A stretch of 64,000 nucleotides of DNA, from contig PWYU01000088.1 in the NCBI GenBank assembly GCA_003567725.1, positions 551 to 64,550 on the forward strand, in the 5' to 3' direction. A program made the position numbers and the translations under genes. This stretch comes from Syntrophomonadaceae bacterium. Lineage in GTDB: Bacteria > Bacillota > Dethiobacteria > DTU022. The notes beneath the pieces are model-generated. The model did not search any database and was not told the origin of the DNA. It saw only the letters and a list, made by a program, of their open reading frames with translations. This document shows, piece by piece, positions 40,254-51,271 of the stretch (position 1 is its first letter; each line of letters begins with the position of its first letter).

Positions 40254-41099
40254 TTATGAAAGAGCAAGTTCTTCTAAATATTCTTGAAAAGTTTCAGTAA
40301 AATCTTCCGGGTGAGTTAAGTACCTGAAAACGCTGTTATTTTCTTTAAAGGCTGTGTAAAAAGTAAGTCCGGTAAGCAGAGAAAATTCTTCTACAGGGAC
40401 GACAGAACAACGCTTTAGCGGTGGGAGTTTTCTATAATTCGGGTTGGGTACAAAATCAGGCGCTTCACTACCTTCCAATTCGAAATAAGCACCGCCTTTC
40501 ATTTGCCTGATTGGTTCATAAAGCGAAGAAAACCCTTCAGCCACCCAGTTGCTCATAATTAAAAATTCTTCTCCTGGATTGATCGTTATATGCCCAAACT
40601 GGGGTGGAATCAATACTTTATCACCAGGCTTGGCAGCAATTAAATAAACTTCTTCAAGCATGTCTGGTTGATCAGGCGCCGCTTTCTGCAACAGATAATG
40701 AGCCCGGCCATGAAGGACTTCATAGATTTCCGGCCAGGTAAAGTTTGTGCCACTCTTAACTGGATGGTAATGACCGGCAGTTTTTACAAATTCACGGCTA
40801 ATCGAGCCTGGGCGGACTGCTGTTACGTCGTACCGCAAACCACTGTTTTTGATCAAAAGCATATCATCAGCCAGCGCCATACCGCGATACATATAATAAA
40901 GCTCGTCAAGATTCTTTGCCTCTTGATCATATAAAACCTCTTGCATATCAACACGTCTGCGCACATCAGGGGTCGCTTTTTCAGTAATAAGCCCTTCCCC
41001 ACAGATCAGTTGTTCTCGCTCCGGGTCCCAGGCTAATGGGAGACCGCTTTTCTTATTCAACTCAATCATCAAACAAATTACCGTCCTATCTTGAAGCAA
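40254..41099 (-). CDS. Cupin-type glucose-6-phosphate isomerase (cPGI).
   Basis: Cupin metal-site motifs TAGHYHP...PEIYEVLHGRAHYLLQ...IPPQFGHITINPGEE, in a glycolytic context next to gap. Confidence 0.75.
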   Translation of the reverse strand: MLQDRTVICLMIELNKKSGLPLAWDPEREQLICGEGLITEKATPDVRRRVDMQEVLYDQEAKNLDELYYMYRGMALADDMLLIKNSGLRYDVTAVRPGSISREFVKTAGHYHPVKSGTNFTWPEIYEVLHGRAHYLLQKAAPDQPDMLEEVYLIAAKPGDKVLIPPQFGHITINPGEEFLIMSNWVAEGFSSLYEPIRQMKGGAYFELEGSEAPDFVPNPNYRKLPPLKRCSVVPVEEFSLLTGLTFYTAFKENNSVFRYLTHPEDFTETFQEYLEELALS

Positions 41100-42075
41100 T
41101 TATCGCTGCCAGATCTATAAGGCGGCAGGAATAAGCCCATTCGTTATCATACCAGGCAAGAACACGAATCATGTTTCCCCCTATAACCATTGTGGATTTT
41201 CCGTCAATAATAGAGGAATAGGGGTTGCCTTTATAGTCAACAGAAACCAGGGGCAGATCACTATAATCAAAGTAATCTGAACCAGAGGCCGCTTTTTTAA
41301 AGGCTTCGTTTACAGCATCAACAGAGGCTTCTTTTTCCAGTTCAGCTACAAAATCAACCAGTGAAACTGTCGGAGTAGGAACCCGGATGGCAAAGCCATC
41401 TATTTTTCCTTTTAATTCTGGTATTACCTCGCCTACGGTCCTGGCCGCGCCGGTAGTGGTAGGGATTAAAGAAAGTGCTGCCGCCCTGGCACGGCGAAGA
41501 TCGGAATGAGGAAAGTCCAGTAACTGCTGGTCATTAGTATAGGCATGGGTAGTATTCATCAATCCCCGTTTTAAACCGAAATTTTCATGCAATACTTTAA
41601 CCGGTAAAGCAAGGGCATTAGTAGTACAGGATGCATTAGAAATAAGAAAATGTTTTTCAGGATCATAAAGATAGTCGTTGACGCCTAAAACTACTACCAG
41701 ATCAGCCTCTCCAGGAGCACTGATAATTACCCGCTCTGCTCCGCCATTAAAATGCGCGGAAGCGCTATCCCTTTTACGAAATAAACCGGTGGCTTCAATA
41801 ACTAAGTCAACACCTGCTTCTTTCCAGGGAATATTTGCAGGCTCTTTCTCTGAAAATACTTTTACCTGCTCACCGTTTATCAAAAACCCATTCTTGTCAG
41901 ATTGTACATCATCTTCCAGAATCCCATACACCGAATCATACTTCAACAAATGCGCCAGTGAAGCGCTGTCAGCAAGATCGTTAATGGCAACCACTTTTAC
42001 TTTATCCTGCTTTAATGCGGCACGCATGGTTAACCTGCCTATCCGACCAAAACCATTAATGCCAATATTTAGCAT
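41086..42075 (-). CDS. gap: Type I glyceraldehyde-3-phosphate dehydrogenase.
   Basis: NAD-binding N-terminus (NGFGRIGR) and catalytic Cys (SNASCTTNALA). Confidence 0.95.
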   Translation of the reverse strand: MLNIGINGFGRIGRLTMRAALKQDKVKVVAINDLADSASLAHLLKYDSVYGILEDDVQSDKNGFLINGEQVKVFSEKEPANIPWKEAGVDLVIEATGLFRKRDSASAHFNGGAERVIISAPGEADLVVVLGVNDYLYDPEKHFLISNASCTTNALALPVKVLHENFGLKRGLMNTTHAYTNDQQLLDFPHSDLRRARAAALSLIPTTTGAARTVGEVIPELKGKIDGFAIRVPTPTVSLVDFVAELEKEASVDAVNEAFKKAASGSDYFDYSDLPLVSVDYKGNPYSSIIDGKSTMVIGGNMIRVLAWYDNEWAYSCRLIDLAAIIASR

Positions 42076-42501
42076 AAAGAAACCTCCCTAATTTTTTTAA
42101 TTAAAACCTGATTTACTAATCGCAAATTTATTTTAAGACAATATAATATTTGCATTTTATTAAAAGATTAGCTTATGCAAGTCAGATTGCAAGTTTTAAT
42201 ATATTTTCTGCAATTTATAGTATCTTATTTGCTCAATTACTGCAACATAAACCAGTACTATTAAAAGCATCTTTAAAAAATATTTGCATAAATCACATCT
42301 TTATATTTTAAGCCTTACTGCACTAATTATCATTTGGCAGGCTTACGATTAAAAAAGAACCATTAGAGGTTTTTAGTAAAAAAGAATGACGGTCACGCCA
42401 GTGGGAAGTGTAATGCCATGATTTTATAACACTCTTAAAACCAAGCAATGACCACTCTTCCAAGACTATGCTTTGCCTTTTTCTAAATAAGAAGATCCGC
42501 T

Positions 42502-42618
42502 TCAAGAGTCATGATTGTTAATTATAAAATCAATGAGTCCTGGAGTTGAAACAGCAGCGGCAATATCACTGATTTTACCGCTGCCATTGGAATAGTTACT
42601 ATGAATATGGACGCCGTT
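42502..42618 (-). pseudogene. 38-codon remnant of a PHP-domain metal-dependent phosphoesterase N-terminus.
   Basis: Minus frame: (TAG)NGVHIHSNYSNGSGKISDIAAAVSTPGLIDFIINNHDS*. The HxH...S.DG motif is the PHP N-terminal metal site; no start codon, stops on both sides. Confidence 0.4.
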
Positions 42619-42646
42619 CTAAATAAATTCTATTAAATAGCAGTAT

Positions 42647-43291
42647 TTACATCTTAGCCCGTACAACATCTTTTATTTTCATCAGGCGGGTCAGAGCGCC
42701 CCTCTCGCTCTCATCAAGCTTCATAGTAATGTACTTGATCGTTTCTTCTAATCTGGGAATTAATACATATTCAAGAGCATTAACCCGACGGCGCGTCTTT
42801 TCAATTTCTTCCGCCATCAGCTGAACTGTTTTTTCAACTTCTGCAAGTTCCATCAACTGAGGAAAAATATTAGAAAGAGTCTCAATAGAGGTATCAAGCT
42901 CCGCAGAGGTGTCTAAAAAACCATAAGGGTAAATACTCGCTTCCCCTGTGCCCCCTGATTCTTGTTCAATCCAGTCAAATTTAGGGGTATAAACACTCAT
43001 TATATTTTGCCTTTGTACTTCCAATTGTAGCATCTTGGTAGGATACATCAAGGCCTCTTCGAGATTTACTGCAGGCATTACTGCCCTTGCCAGCAAAAAT
43101 TTAGCAAAAGCTTCAGAGAGTTCTTTTTCAATATGTTCACGCAGATCTTTATTCCTACGCACCAGGATCAAAAATTGGCGAATCAATTCGTCCCTTTTAT
43201 CTTTTAGGAGTTTATGTCCCCGTTGAGCCATGGTCAATCTTTTTCTGAGACGATTCAGCTCCATACGGGTTGGATTGACCCTTATTTCCAT
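42647..43291 (-). CDS. atpD: V/A-type ATP synthase subunit D.
   Basis: RMELNRLRKRLTMAQRGHKLLKDKRDEL, the typical central-stalk D subunit. Confidence 0.9.
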   Translation of the reverse strand: MEIRVNPTRMELNRLRKRLTMAQRGHKLLKDKRDELIRQFLILVRRNKDLREHIEKELSEAFAKFLLARAVMPAVNLEEALMYPTKMLQLEVQRQNIMSVYTPKFDWIEQESGGTGEASIYPYGFLDTSAELDTSIETLSNIFPQLMELAEVEKTVQLMAEEIEKTRRRVNALEYVLIPRLEETIKYITMKLDESERGALTRLMKIKDVVRAKM

Positions 43292-43297
43292 TATTAA

Positions 43298-44692
43298 TTA
43301 ACCCTCCTCCCGGTCAGACTCCTGGGCGGGCAGATATTTGTCCAGATATTCATCGCGAACACGTTTCAACTCAGTACGCGGTAAGAGTGCTATCAGTTCC
43401 CATCCCAGGTCGAGGGTTTCAACTATACTGCGATCTTCTTCTTCACCCTGGGATAAATAACGATTTTCAAATTCATCAGCAAATCTGGAGAATTTCTTAT
43501 CTGCCTCCGAGAGAGCCGCTTCTCCAAGAATAGTTGCCAGCTCCTTAGCCTCTTTACCCCGGGCATAGCCGGCATAAAGCTGGTTCATGGTATCAGCATG
43601 GTCTTCCCGGGTCTGATCAGCACCAATTCCCTTATCTTTAAGCCTGGAGAGGGAAGGTAAAACATCAATAGGTGGATAGAGGCCTTTTCGATGCAATTCC
43701 TGACTGAGAATAATTTGTCCTTCAGTGATATACCCGGTTAAATCAGGAATGGGGTGAGTTTTATCATTTTCAGGCATGGTTAGGATCGGAAGCTGGGTTA
43801 TAGAACCCTGGCGTCCCTGGATTCGGCCGGCTCTTTCATAGAGACTGGCCAGATCCGTGTAGAGATAACCAGGATAACCGCGACGTCCGGGAACTTCTTT
43901 ACGGGCAGCCGATATTTCCCTTAAAGCTTCTGCATAGTTTGTCATATCAGTAAGGATAACGAGGACATGCATATCCTGCTCATAAGCAAGGTATTCAGCG
44001 GCTGTCAGGGCAATCCGTGGGGTGGAAATTCTTTCAATGGCCGGATCGTCAGCCAGGTTGATGAAGAGAATAGAGTGCTCGATAGCACCGGTTTTACGAA
44101 AGTCATTGATGAAGAAATCAGCCTCTTCAAAGGTAATACCCATAGCGGCAAACACTACGGCGAATTCAGCCTCAGTTCCAAGCACCTTGGACTGCCGGGC
44201 AATCTGGGCGGCCAGGTTGGAGTGAGGCAGACCGGAGCTGGAAAATATAGGCAGCTTTTGACCCCGGACCATGGTGTTCATTCCATCAATGGCCGAAACT
44301 CCGGTTTGAATGAACTCCTGTGGATAATCGCGGGCATATGGATTGATGGGAAAACCGTTAATATCCAGTCTTTTATCAGGAATAATCTTAGGGCCCTGAT
44401 CACGGGGCGCCCCCAGGCCGGTAAAAACCCGTCCCAGCAAATCCATGGAAACAGGCAATTCAATAGCTTTTCCCTGGAAACGAACTTTTGCCGAGCCGAT
44501 ATTAAGGCCTGTAGAGCCCTCAAAAATCTGGACCAGCGCCTTGTCGCGATTTACTTCCAGGACCTGCCCCCGCCGGATCTCTCCACCGGGCAGTTCTATT
44601 TCGGTCAACTCATTGTATTTTATACCTTCAACCTGCTCAACAAGCATCAGCGGTCCGGCTATATCAGCAATAGTTTTGTATTCTTTAAGCAT
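43298..44692 (-). CDS. atpB: V/A-type ATP synthase subunit B (non-catalytic).
   Basis: 464 aa regulatory B subunit with no canonical P-loop; it overlaps the A gene's end. Confidence 0.9.
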   Translation of the reverse strand: MLKEYKTIADIAGPLMLVEQVEGIKYNELTEIELPGGEIRRGQVLEVNRDKALVQIFEGSTGLNIGSAKVRFQGKAIELPVSMDLLGRVFTGLGAPRDQGPKIIPDKRLDINGFPINPYARDYPQEFIQTGVSAIDGMNTMVRGQKLPIFSSSGLPHSNLAAQIARQSKVLGTEAEFAVVFAAMGITFEEADFFINDFRKTGAIEHSILFINLADDPAIERISTPRIALTAAEYLAYEQDMHVLVILTDMTNYAEALREISAARKEVPGRRGYPGYLYTDLASLYERAGRIQGRQGSITQLPILTMPENDKTHPIPDLTGYITEGQIILSQELHRKGLYPPIDVLPSLSRLKDKGIGADQTREDHADTMNQLYAGYARGKEAKELATILGEAALSEADKKFSRFADEFENRYLSQGEEEDRSIVETLDLGWELIALLPRTELKRVRDEYLDKYLPAQESDREEG

Positions 44693-46523
44693 CTTCTTCC
44701 CCTCCTTCTCCGGCTAGTGGGGCAATCTGTTCTTTTATTTCACGTTTTATATCTTCCATTTCATTTATTTTATCTTCCGGCATATAACGGGCGCGGGCAA
44801 TCTTTTCCCGTGCCGGAATCGAAAACAGTTTATCCAAGTCTAGGTCAATAGCGTCTTTTGCTATAACGGCGCTCGCTTCATGGTGATAAGTCAGGATAAG
44901 ATCCATCATATTGAACTGTTTCTCCAATGAACTGTAGGTGTCAATCTCATGCATGGCGTTCTGATGCAGGAAATCTTCCCTTAAAGATTTAGTAGTTTCC
45001 AGTACCAACCTTTCTTTTGAAGAAAGGGCATCAACACCAACCAGGCGCACGATTTCTTCCAGCTCCGATTCTTCCTGAAGAAGGCGCATTGCTTCTTTAC
45101 GCATTTCATTCCATTGTTCGCCAATAGTTTCCCTGAAATAGAGCGCCACGTTATCAAGATAGAGCGAGTAACTTAATAACCAGTTTATGGCCGGAAAATG
45201 GCGTCGGTAAGCAAGTGAAGCATCGAGCCCCCAAAACACTTTAACGATACGTAATGTGCTCTGAGAAACAGGTTCAGAAAGATCACCACCAGGTGGCGAT
45301 ACAGCACCAACCAGAGTCAGGGCGCCTTCCCTATCTTCACTGCCCAGGCAGATAGTCCGGCCTGAACGCTCGTAAAAATCAGCCAGGCGAGAACCTAGAT
45401 AAGCAGGATAACCTTCTTCCCCTGGCATTTCTTCCAGGCGGCCAGACATTTCACGCAGAGCCTCAGCCCAGCGGGAAGTGGAATCTGCCATCAAAGCAAC
45501 GCTATAACCCATATCCCTGAAGTACTCAGCAATGGTAATACCAGTATAAATTGACGCTTCACGGGCTGCAACTGGCATGTTCGAGGTGTTGGCAATCAAA
45601 ACCGTTCTTTTCATCAACGGTTCCCCTGATTTAGGATCCTGCAGTTCCGGGAACTCAAGAAGCACATCCGTCATCTCATTACCGCGTTCACCACAGCCTA
45701 TGTAAACTACTATTTCAGCATCGGCCCATTTGGCCAGTTGGTGCTGGGTTACTGTTTTTCCACTCCCGAAGGGGCCGGGAATACAGGCAGTTCCTCCCTT
45801 GGCTACCGGAAAAAAAGTGTCCAGGATTCTTTGACCGGTGATCAAAGGAACATGGGGGCCCATTTTTTCTTTATAGGGCCTACCCTTGCGAACTGGCCAC
45901 CGCTGCAGCATGGTAATTTCATAATCGCCATCATCTGTTTCCAGCCTGGCTATAACATCTGTTACAGTGGCTTCACCTTTTTTGATTTCTTTAATTGTTC
46001 CTGCAGGGTAATTAGGCGGAACCATGATGCGGTGTTCAACAATAGTTGTTTCCTGAATGGTACCGATAATGTCTCCGGCCTGAACTTGATCTCCTTCCTT
46101 GATTGCAGGCTTAAAATCCCATTTTCGCTCCCGATCTATTGCGTGAACTTCTACTCCACGGGTGATATAATCGCCCACTTTTTCCTTAATTCCATCAAGA
46201 GGACGCTGGACTCCATCAAAAAATGATTCAATCACGCCAGGACCAAGTTCAACGCTAAGAGGTTCACCGGTAATATATACAGGCTCACCAGGCCCAATTC
46301 CGCCGGTTTCTTCATATACCTGTATAGAGGCCTCATCGCCGCGCACTTCTACAATCTCCCCCATTAGACGGGACTCACTGACCTTGACCATATCATACAT
46401 CCGGGCTGCCCCCATGTTATCTGCTATAACAAGGGGGCCGGATACTTTTACAATCCTTCCTGCATCCAAGTTATCAACCTTCTTTCCTGAAAAGAATGTC
46501 TGCGCCGATCGCTTTTTCGACAT
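44685..46523 (-). CDS. atpA: V/A-type ATP synthase catalytic subunit A.
   Basis: 612 aa. Walker [10 protein letters not shown] and the V-type non-homologous insert region. Confidence 0.95.
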   Translation of the reverse strand: MSKKRSAQTFFSGKKVDNLDAGRIVKVSGPLVIADNMGAARMYDMVKVSESRLMGEIVEVRGDEASIQVYEETGGIGPGEPVYITGEPLSVELGPGVIESFFDGVQRPLDGIKEKVGDYITRGVEVHAIDRERKWDFKPAIKEGDQVQAGDIIGTIQETTIVEHRIMVPPNYPAGTIKEIKKGEATVTDVIARLETDDGDYEITMLQRWPVRKGRPYKEKMGPHVPLITGQRILDTFFPVAKGGTACIPGPFGSGKTVTQHQLAKWADAEIVVYIGCGERGNEMTDVLLEFPELQDPKSGEPLMKRTVLIANTSNMPVAAREASIYTGITIAEYFRDMGYSVALMADSTSRWAEALREMSGRLEEMPGEEGYPAYLGSRLADFYERSGRTICLGSEDREGALTLVGAVSPPGGDLSEPVSQSTLRIVKVFWGLDASLAYRRHFPAINWLLSYSLYLDNVALYFRETIGEQWNEMRKEAMRLLQEESELEEIVRLVGVDALSSKERLVLETTKSLREDFLHQNAMHEIDTYSSLEKQFNMMDLILTYHHEASAVIAKDAIDLDLDKLFSIPAREKIARARYMPEDKINEMEDIKREIKEQIAPLAGEGGEEDA

Positions 46524-46806
46524 TTTTCCTTATTTGCTCAATTCCAATTCCCAGGGTTCCCTTACTATTTGGGATTAAGACAATCGTCGGCAAAAAGCGT
46601 TTATGCAGCTCATCAATTACAGCCTGCAAGCCCTGGGCCAATTCTTCGGTGATAAATATTACCCCGTAATTTTCAGCAACCAGCTTTTTAAGGGTATCAA
46701 GCGCCGCTTCTGTGCTGGTTACTGGAAATGTATCCACACCGATAGTTTTAAATCCCATAATTGAATCTTTATCTCCAATTACTGCAATTTTATATGTAGA
46801 CATCAC
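46474..46806 (-). CDS. atpF: V/A-type ATP synthase subunit F.
   Basis: 110 aa; [21 protein letters not shown] is the typical F-subunit N-terminus. Confidence 0.85.
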   Translation of the reverse strand: MMSTYKIAVIGDKDSIMGFKTIGVDTFPVTSTEAALDTLKKLVAENYGVIFITEELAQGLQAVIDELHKRFLPTIVLIPNSKGTLGIGIEQIRKNVEKAIGADILFRKEG

Positions 46807-47794
46807 GCATTCGCTCCCTGATTGATTCAGCAGGCAGCTTATTGATCTTGCCTACCAAAACAATGCGGATATTTTTTATCTCAAGTTCTTTTGCCCACAA
46901 GTAGCCAACCAGGGGTTCAATACCAAATGGGACCCATTTACCCTCTTTGAGATAAGCTGTAATAAAGTTATCAGATAACTTTTCCAACAATGAGGCTGAA
47001 CCTTTTTCAGACCACTCTCTGACACCTTCACTGACCAGATCGGCATAATCACTTATCGCCAGCATAGAGATCAGCGATTCTACAGGTTCATCTATCATAG
47101 CAGTCAGTCTATGAACAGATAAAGAACCGTTCGGCAGTAAAACTCTTGTCAGAAAATCCCGGTTCAGGCCCATTCGCTTAATTCGGATCAGTGTTTTCAG
47201 GTTGCTTAAATCAATCTGTCTGACAAACAATCCTTCCAGAAACTGAGAATCATGTTCCCTGGCGCTAGCCATTAGCTGCTCGTATAATACCTGGTCCAGG
47301 ATCAAGTCAATAATCTGGGGATCGCGATTAAGCATAAAGTCTTCATTGATGCTATTGGCAGAACGACGAAGTTTACCAGGTAAAAACAAATAATTATCTT
47401 CGCTGACAGCATACTCCAGCTTGGAGAGTTCCATCGATCCAACCGGAATTAAAAGATCGCTTTTAACACCCAGAAATTTGGCTTTGAACAATACTTTTAA
47501 ATTGTGAATATCATATCTCAGGGCCAGCATTTCTATCAGCTCAGGAACAGGGCTAATATTCAGGACAGTGTTGAAAGTATAACTAAGCTCATCACCTAAT
47601 ACAGCTTCGAAATTATAAGCGTCTTCCAATTCGGCCAGAGCAGCTGAATAGGCTGTTTCAGAGAGAACTTTCAATGCTTCATCGGTATTAGACGAATTGA
47701 TCATTCTTTCAAAATGGCCCTGATCTAGCAGTCGGGTTTCCATAGCTTTAACCCGTGCAACTGCATATCCATAAATTGTGTCATCAATTAGCAT
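46790..47794 (-). CDS. atpC: V/A-type ATP synthase subunit C (d-like).
   Basis: 334 aa all-helical protein at the correct operon position. Confidence 0.8.
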   Translation of the reverse strand: MLIDDTIYGYAVARVKAMETRLLDQGHFERMINSSNTDEALKVLSETAYSAALAELEDAYNFEAVLGDELSYTFNTVLNISPVPELIEMLALRYDIHNLKVLFKAKFLGVKSDLLIPVGSMELSKLEYAVSEDNYLFLPGKLRRSANSINEDFMLNRDPQIIDLILDQVLYEQLMASAREHDSQFLEGLFVRQIDLSNLKTLIRIKRMGLNRDFLTRVLLPNGSLSVHRLTAMIDEPVESLISMLAISDYADLVSEGVREWSEKGSASLLEKLSDNFITAYLKEGKWVPFGIEPLVGYLWAKELEIKNIRIVLVGKINKLPAESIRERMRDVYI

Positions 47795-47832
47795 ATTATT
47801 CTGCCCTCCTTTCCTGGAGGAAAGCTTGCCTG

Positions 47833-48444
47833 TTATTTAAAAAGCAGTTCGGCTACTTCATGCTCCAATTCATCTCTCTTTATTGCCAAAAGAGATTCAA
47901 ATGAGCAGTTTATTTCCAAACCACTTCTCTGAAGTATAAAGCCGCCTTTAATATTCCTGGTTTCTTCCAAAAGCTCCAGCTTCCCTTCTTTCCCCTGTTC
48001 GATCAGGCGTTCGTTTACCTTGTTTAAAAATTGATCTGTTATTTTTACTTTATCTCGCTCATTAAAAATTACTGCTTCGGTTCCTGTATCAGTCATTTCA
48101 AGGAGAAGGTCATTGATAACAGAAAGATAGTCATCATCTTTCTGGCCTGCCAATTCATCTAAAGCTCCCTGGAAAGCCTGGCCAATCAATTCCTGCTTGG
48201 CGGCAAGTAAATTTTTACGCACTTCCAGCTGGGCAACACCAATAATTCGGCTTTTTTGTTCGGTTGCAGATTTACGCGCCTGTTCAAGAATATGATCCTT
48301 TCTCCGCTTAGCTTTCTCATTGGCTTCGGATTCAATAGCATTGGCTTTTTCGGAAGCCTCGGCTTTTATAGATTCGGCCCTGGCTTGCGCATCATCCAGA
48401 ACGCGCTTTATGATCCTGTCCGCTCCTTCTTTCAAGCATCTCAC
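47833..48444 (-). CDS. atpE: V/A-type ATP synthase subunit E.
   Basis: 203 aa with an N-terminal long charged helix (KAEASEKANAIESEANEKAKRRK) and a C-terminal globular domain. Confidence 0.85.
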   Translation of the reverse strand: MRCLKEGADRIIKRVLDDAQARAESIKAEASEKANAIESEANEKAKRRKDHILEQARKSATEQKSRIIGVAQLEVRKNLLAAKQELIGQAFQGALDELAGQKDDDYLSVINDLLLEMTDTGTEAVIFNERDKVKITDQFLNKVNERLIEQGKEGKLELLEETRNIKGGFILQRSGLEINCSFESLLAIKRDELEHEVAELLFK

Positions 48445-48462
48445 TCCTTTAAGCAGCCGGCA

Positions 48463-48963
48463 CTATACATCTATACCGAATAGCATTAAGATTGTAGCCA
48501 GGAGGGCAAATACTGCGTAGGTTTCAACCATAACAGCATATACAATCCCTTTACCCATTTCTTCCGGCCTTTTTGCAATCAGGTTTATCGATGATGCCAG
48601 GACCCTACCCTGGTAAATACCCGAACTAAAGCCGGCAATAGCAATCGGCAGTGCTGCCATCAAAAAAGCATAGCCCTGCCAGACAGTCAGTTCAACCAGC
48701 TCTTCACCAACAATACCGATATCCTGCATGATTAAAAAACCAGCCAGCAATCCGTATATGCCCTGTGTTCCTGGAAGAGCCTGTAACAAAAGGGTTTGTC
48801 CGAACTTGTCCGGATCCTCTGAAATTAAGCCGCAGGCACTTTGACCGACGATCCCGATCCCAATCGCCGAGCCGCTCCCGGCCAAACCAACAGCCAGAGC
48901 CACCCCCAGCATCGCTATTGCAATTCCTTCCATTGTATAAAGCCTCCTTTTTTGTTTCCTCAA
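48463..48963 (-). CDS. atpK: V/A-type ATP synthase proteolipid subunit K.
   Basis: 166 aa, four TM helices, glycine-rich (GLAGSGSAIGIGIVG); a duplicated c-subunit. Confidence 0.85.
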   Translation of the reverse strand: MRKQKRRLYTMEGIAIAMLGVALAVGLAGSGSAIGIGIVGQSACGLISEDPDKFGQTLLLQALPGTQGIYGLLAGFLIMQDIGIVGEELVELTVWQGYAFLMAALPIAIAGFSSGIYQGRVLASSINLIAKRPEEMGKGIVYAVMVETYAVFALLATILMLFGIDV

Positions 48964-48999
48964 TGATTAATATTATTCTTAATAAACAATAGCCAGTTA

Positions 49000-50946
49000 T
49001 TAACCTTTTTCTGTTTCAACAATATCGACGTAATTATTTTTTATTCTGAAAGGCTTAAATGATCTACCTCCACCTTCGAAGAATTTATTAAAAAATTCCA
49101 GGTATTGCAGGCGGCTGGTATGCACATAAGAACTGAGCGTGCTAATGATCATGTTGAAGAAATGGCCAATTACCAGAATTATAACCAGAAATATATAGCC
49201 AATTATACTGCCAGCTGCCAGGTCGCCCACCGAATTAACAACCATACCGATAACAACGGAAGCCAGGCCGAGAGCAAACAAGCGGGAATAAGAGAGCACG
49301 TCACTTAAATATTGCGTTACATTATAAAGGCTTAAAAGGCCGCTAAAAAATTTTAATAATAAACTACGTTGAGATCGACCCTGGGTTAGAATCAGGCCGA
49401 CAGCACCTGTCAGGGCTATCCACTGCCCGAAAGTAATGCCAGCTATCCACAAGATCAGGCCATTTAGAAAAATAAACCAAAAGCCCTGGTCATAAAAGGC
49501 GTCTAAAGGCTTACCACCCTTGATATTCCTATAAGCCTGAAGCCCCATACCGAAGTAAACCTGGAACAATCCAATGCCCAGGGCAGCAATTAACATGGTC
49601 ATCGGCTCTTTTAAAGGATCGAACAACAATGCCGGCAACGCAATTAGATCGCCAAAATAACCACCTAATAAGATTCCAAAAGCAAAAGCGGAAATACCGC
49701 CAAGTATCAACAATTTTAATAACTGGCGGCCAGACTCGCCAAGCGTTAGTTTACGGTACAAATAAAAGGCAAGTAAGCCCAAAAGAATACCATACCCAGC
49801 ATCAGAAAGGCAAATTCCGAAAAAGAGGAAGAAAAATGGGGCCATAAACGGCGTAGGATCGAGTTCATCTTTTTTAGGTGTGCTGTAAAGCTTTGTAACA
49901 ACCTCGTACGGCTCAGCCATCCCTTTATTATGCAAAAGCACCGGTACCTGTTCATGAGGTTCGGGATCTCTTGTGGCCAGGATTGCCGTTTCAGTTTTGT
50001 CATTGATCATTGTTTCCAAATCGTTCAAAACAGGGACCGGAACCCAGCCTTCCATAAAGAAGCTGTTATCAGTACGGGCCAGATTATCCACAGCCTGATG
50101 TTTTTCGTACTCATTATCCACGTAATCGTAACAGGCCATTAACATGTGACGGTGAACAAGCAGTTTTTCTACACCACTGAGTACAATGCTTTTTTCATGC
50201 TGCAAGCTTTCCAGTTTTTTATTTAAGGAATCAATAAGTTCAGATGGAGTGCCTTTTACGTCGGGAAAACTTGCTCTCGTAACAGCTTTGTTTCGAAATA
50301 GCTCATCTATTTCCTGCTTGTTTTCTGTTAGAGCAGAGAAAAAGAAATAAACATTTTCTTCATCGGTAAATACCTTATCCAAAAAATACTCAGAAAAGCT
50401 ATCAGTAAGGGCCTCCTGCAGAACAGAGTAGTTCTCAAATGGAACAATAAAAAGATCCATCATGGTCCAGCTTCCATCTTCAACTTCTTCCAGGGGCAGA
50501 TCCAGAGACGCCCACGGTCGAAGATCTTCAATTAAATTTTGAGATTGGGTTACTTCGTTGCGGATACGCACCAGCTTTTCCTCTGCCTCGCGACAGGCTT
50601 GATGGACACTTTCAACCTGATCAAATGATGCCACATAATTACTAAACTGTTCATCCGTTAAATCAAGTCTACTTCCTGTAAACTGTTCAAGCATACTCTT
50701 TCGTATGGGGAAGTGGCGCTGAAAAAAATCGAGGCAAAAGCGAATATCACTACGGTGGCTATCAATCTGAAATAGTTCTTCAGAACTTTGTTCAGGTTCA
50801 AGCAGGGTTTGAAAATCTCTCCAGGCTTCGCCGGATTTAACATCTAGCATCTCTACTGTTCCCATCTGGTGCAGGAGATTAAATATTTTCTGCCTTTCCT
50901 GCCGATGCCCCAGGATATAGACTTTGTTCATATCAATGATTGGCAT
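49000..50946 (-). CDS. atpI: V/A-type ATP synthase subunit I (a-like).
   Basis: 648 aa with an N-terminal soluble coiled domain and a C-terminal multi-TM domain. Confidence 0.85.
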   Translation of the reverse strand: MPIIDMNKVYILGHRQERQKIFNLLHQMGTVEMLDVKSGEAWRDFQTLLEPEQSSEELFQIDSHRSDIRFCLDFFQRHFPIRKSMLEQFTGSRLDLTDEQFSNYVASFDQVESVHQACREAEEKLVRIRNEVTQSQNLIEDLRPWASLDLPLEEVEDGSWTMMDLFIVPFENYSVLQEALTDSFSEYFLDKVFTDEENVYFFFSALTENKQEIDELFRNKAVTRASFPDVKGTPSELIDSLNKKLESLQHEKSIVLSGVEKLLVHRHMLMACYDYVDNEYEKHQAVDNLARTDNSFFMEGWVPVPVLNDLETMINDKTETAILATRDPEPHEQVPVLLHNKGMAEPYEVVTKLYSTPKKDELDPTPFMAPFFFLFFGICLSDAGYGILLGLLAFYLYRKLTLGESGRQLLKLLILGGISAFAFGILLGGYFGDLIALPALLFDPLKEPMTMLIAALGIGLFQVYFGMGLQAYRNIKGGKPLDAFYDQGFWFIFLNGLILWIAGITFGQWIALTGAVGLILTQGRSQRSLLLKFFSGLLSLYNVTQYLSDVLSYSRLFALGLASVVIGMVVNSVGDLAAGSIIGYIFLVIILVIGHFFNMIISTLSSYVHTSRLQYLEFFNKFFEGGGRSFKPFRIKNNYVDIVETEKG

Positions 50947-51271
50947 CAGTTTTCACAACCTTGTTTTTTATCAAAGTTACTGCTTTCGGCATTTGCTCAG
51001 CAGCTTTATCTTTTAATTGCTTTATTTCATCTTCCTGCTTTTTTACCAGCGGCTCCGATTCGGATCTTGCCTCTTCTTCCGCTTTTATTAATAGATTTCG
51101 CGCTTCTTCTTCTGCTTGCGCCACTGAGTTTTCGACGATTTCCTCGGCACTGGCCTGTGCACCTTTTACCATTTTCCGGGCTTCCTGTTTGGCTTCCCGG
51201 ACAAGCTCCTGGGCCCTGTCTTCTGTCTCTTTAATCGACTTAACCAGTTCCACTGTCATTGCCCTCACCAC
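50933..51271 (-). CDS. V/A-type ATP synthase small stator subunit (G/H-like), first gene of the operon.
   Basis: 112 aa, highly charged single long helix (AEEEARNLLIKAEEEARSESE). Confidence 0.65.
   Translation of the reverse strand: MVRAMTVELVKSIKETEDRAQELVREAKQEARKMVKGAQASAEEIVENSVAQAEEEARNLLIKAEEEARSESEPLVKKQEDEIKQLKDKAAEQMPKAVTLIKNKVVKTDANH

Noticed and set aside
42323-42505. 60-aa minus-strand ORF.
   Set aside because: It overlaps the PHP-remnant region, with no RBS or recognisable similarity; it is likely non-coding debris.
43967-44851. 294-aa plus-strand ORF.
   Set aside because: It lies entirely antisense to the well-supported V-ATPase B/A genes, has low-complexity composition and no RBS; it is a shadow ORF.
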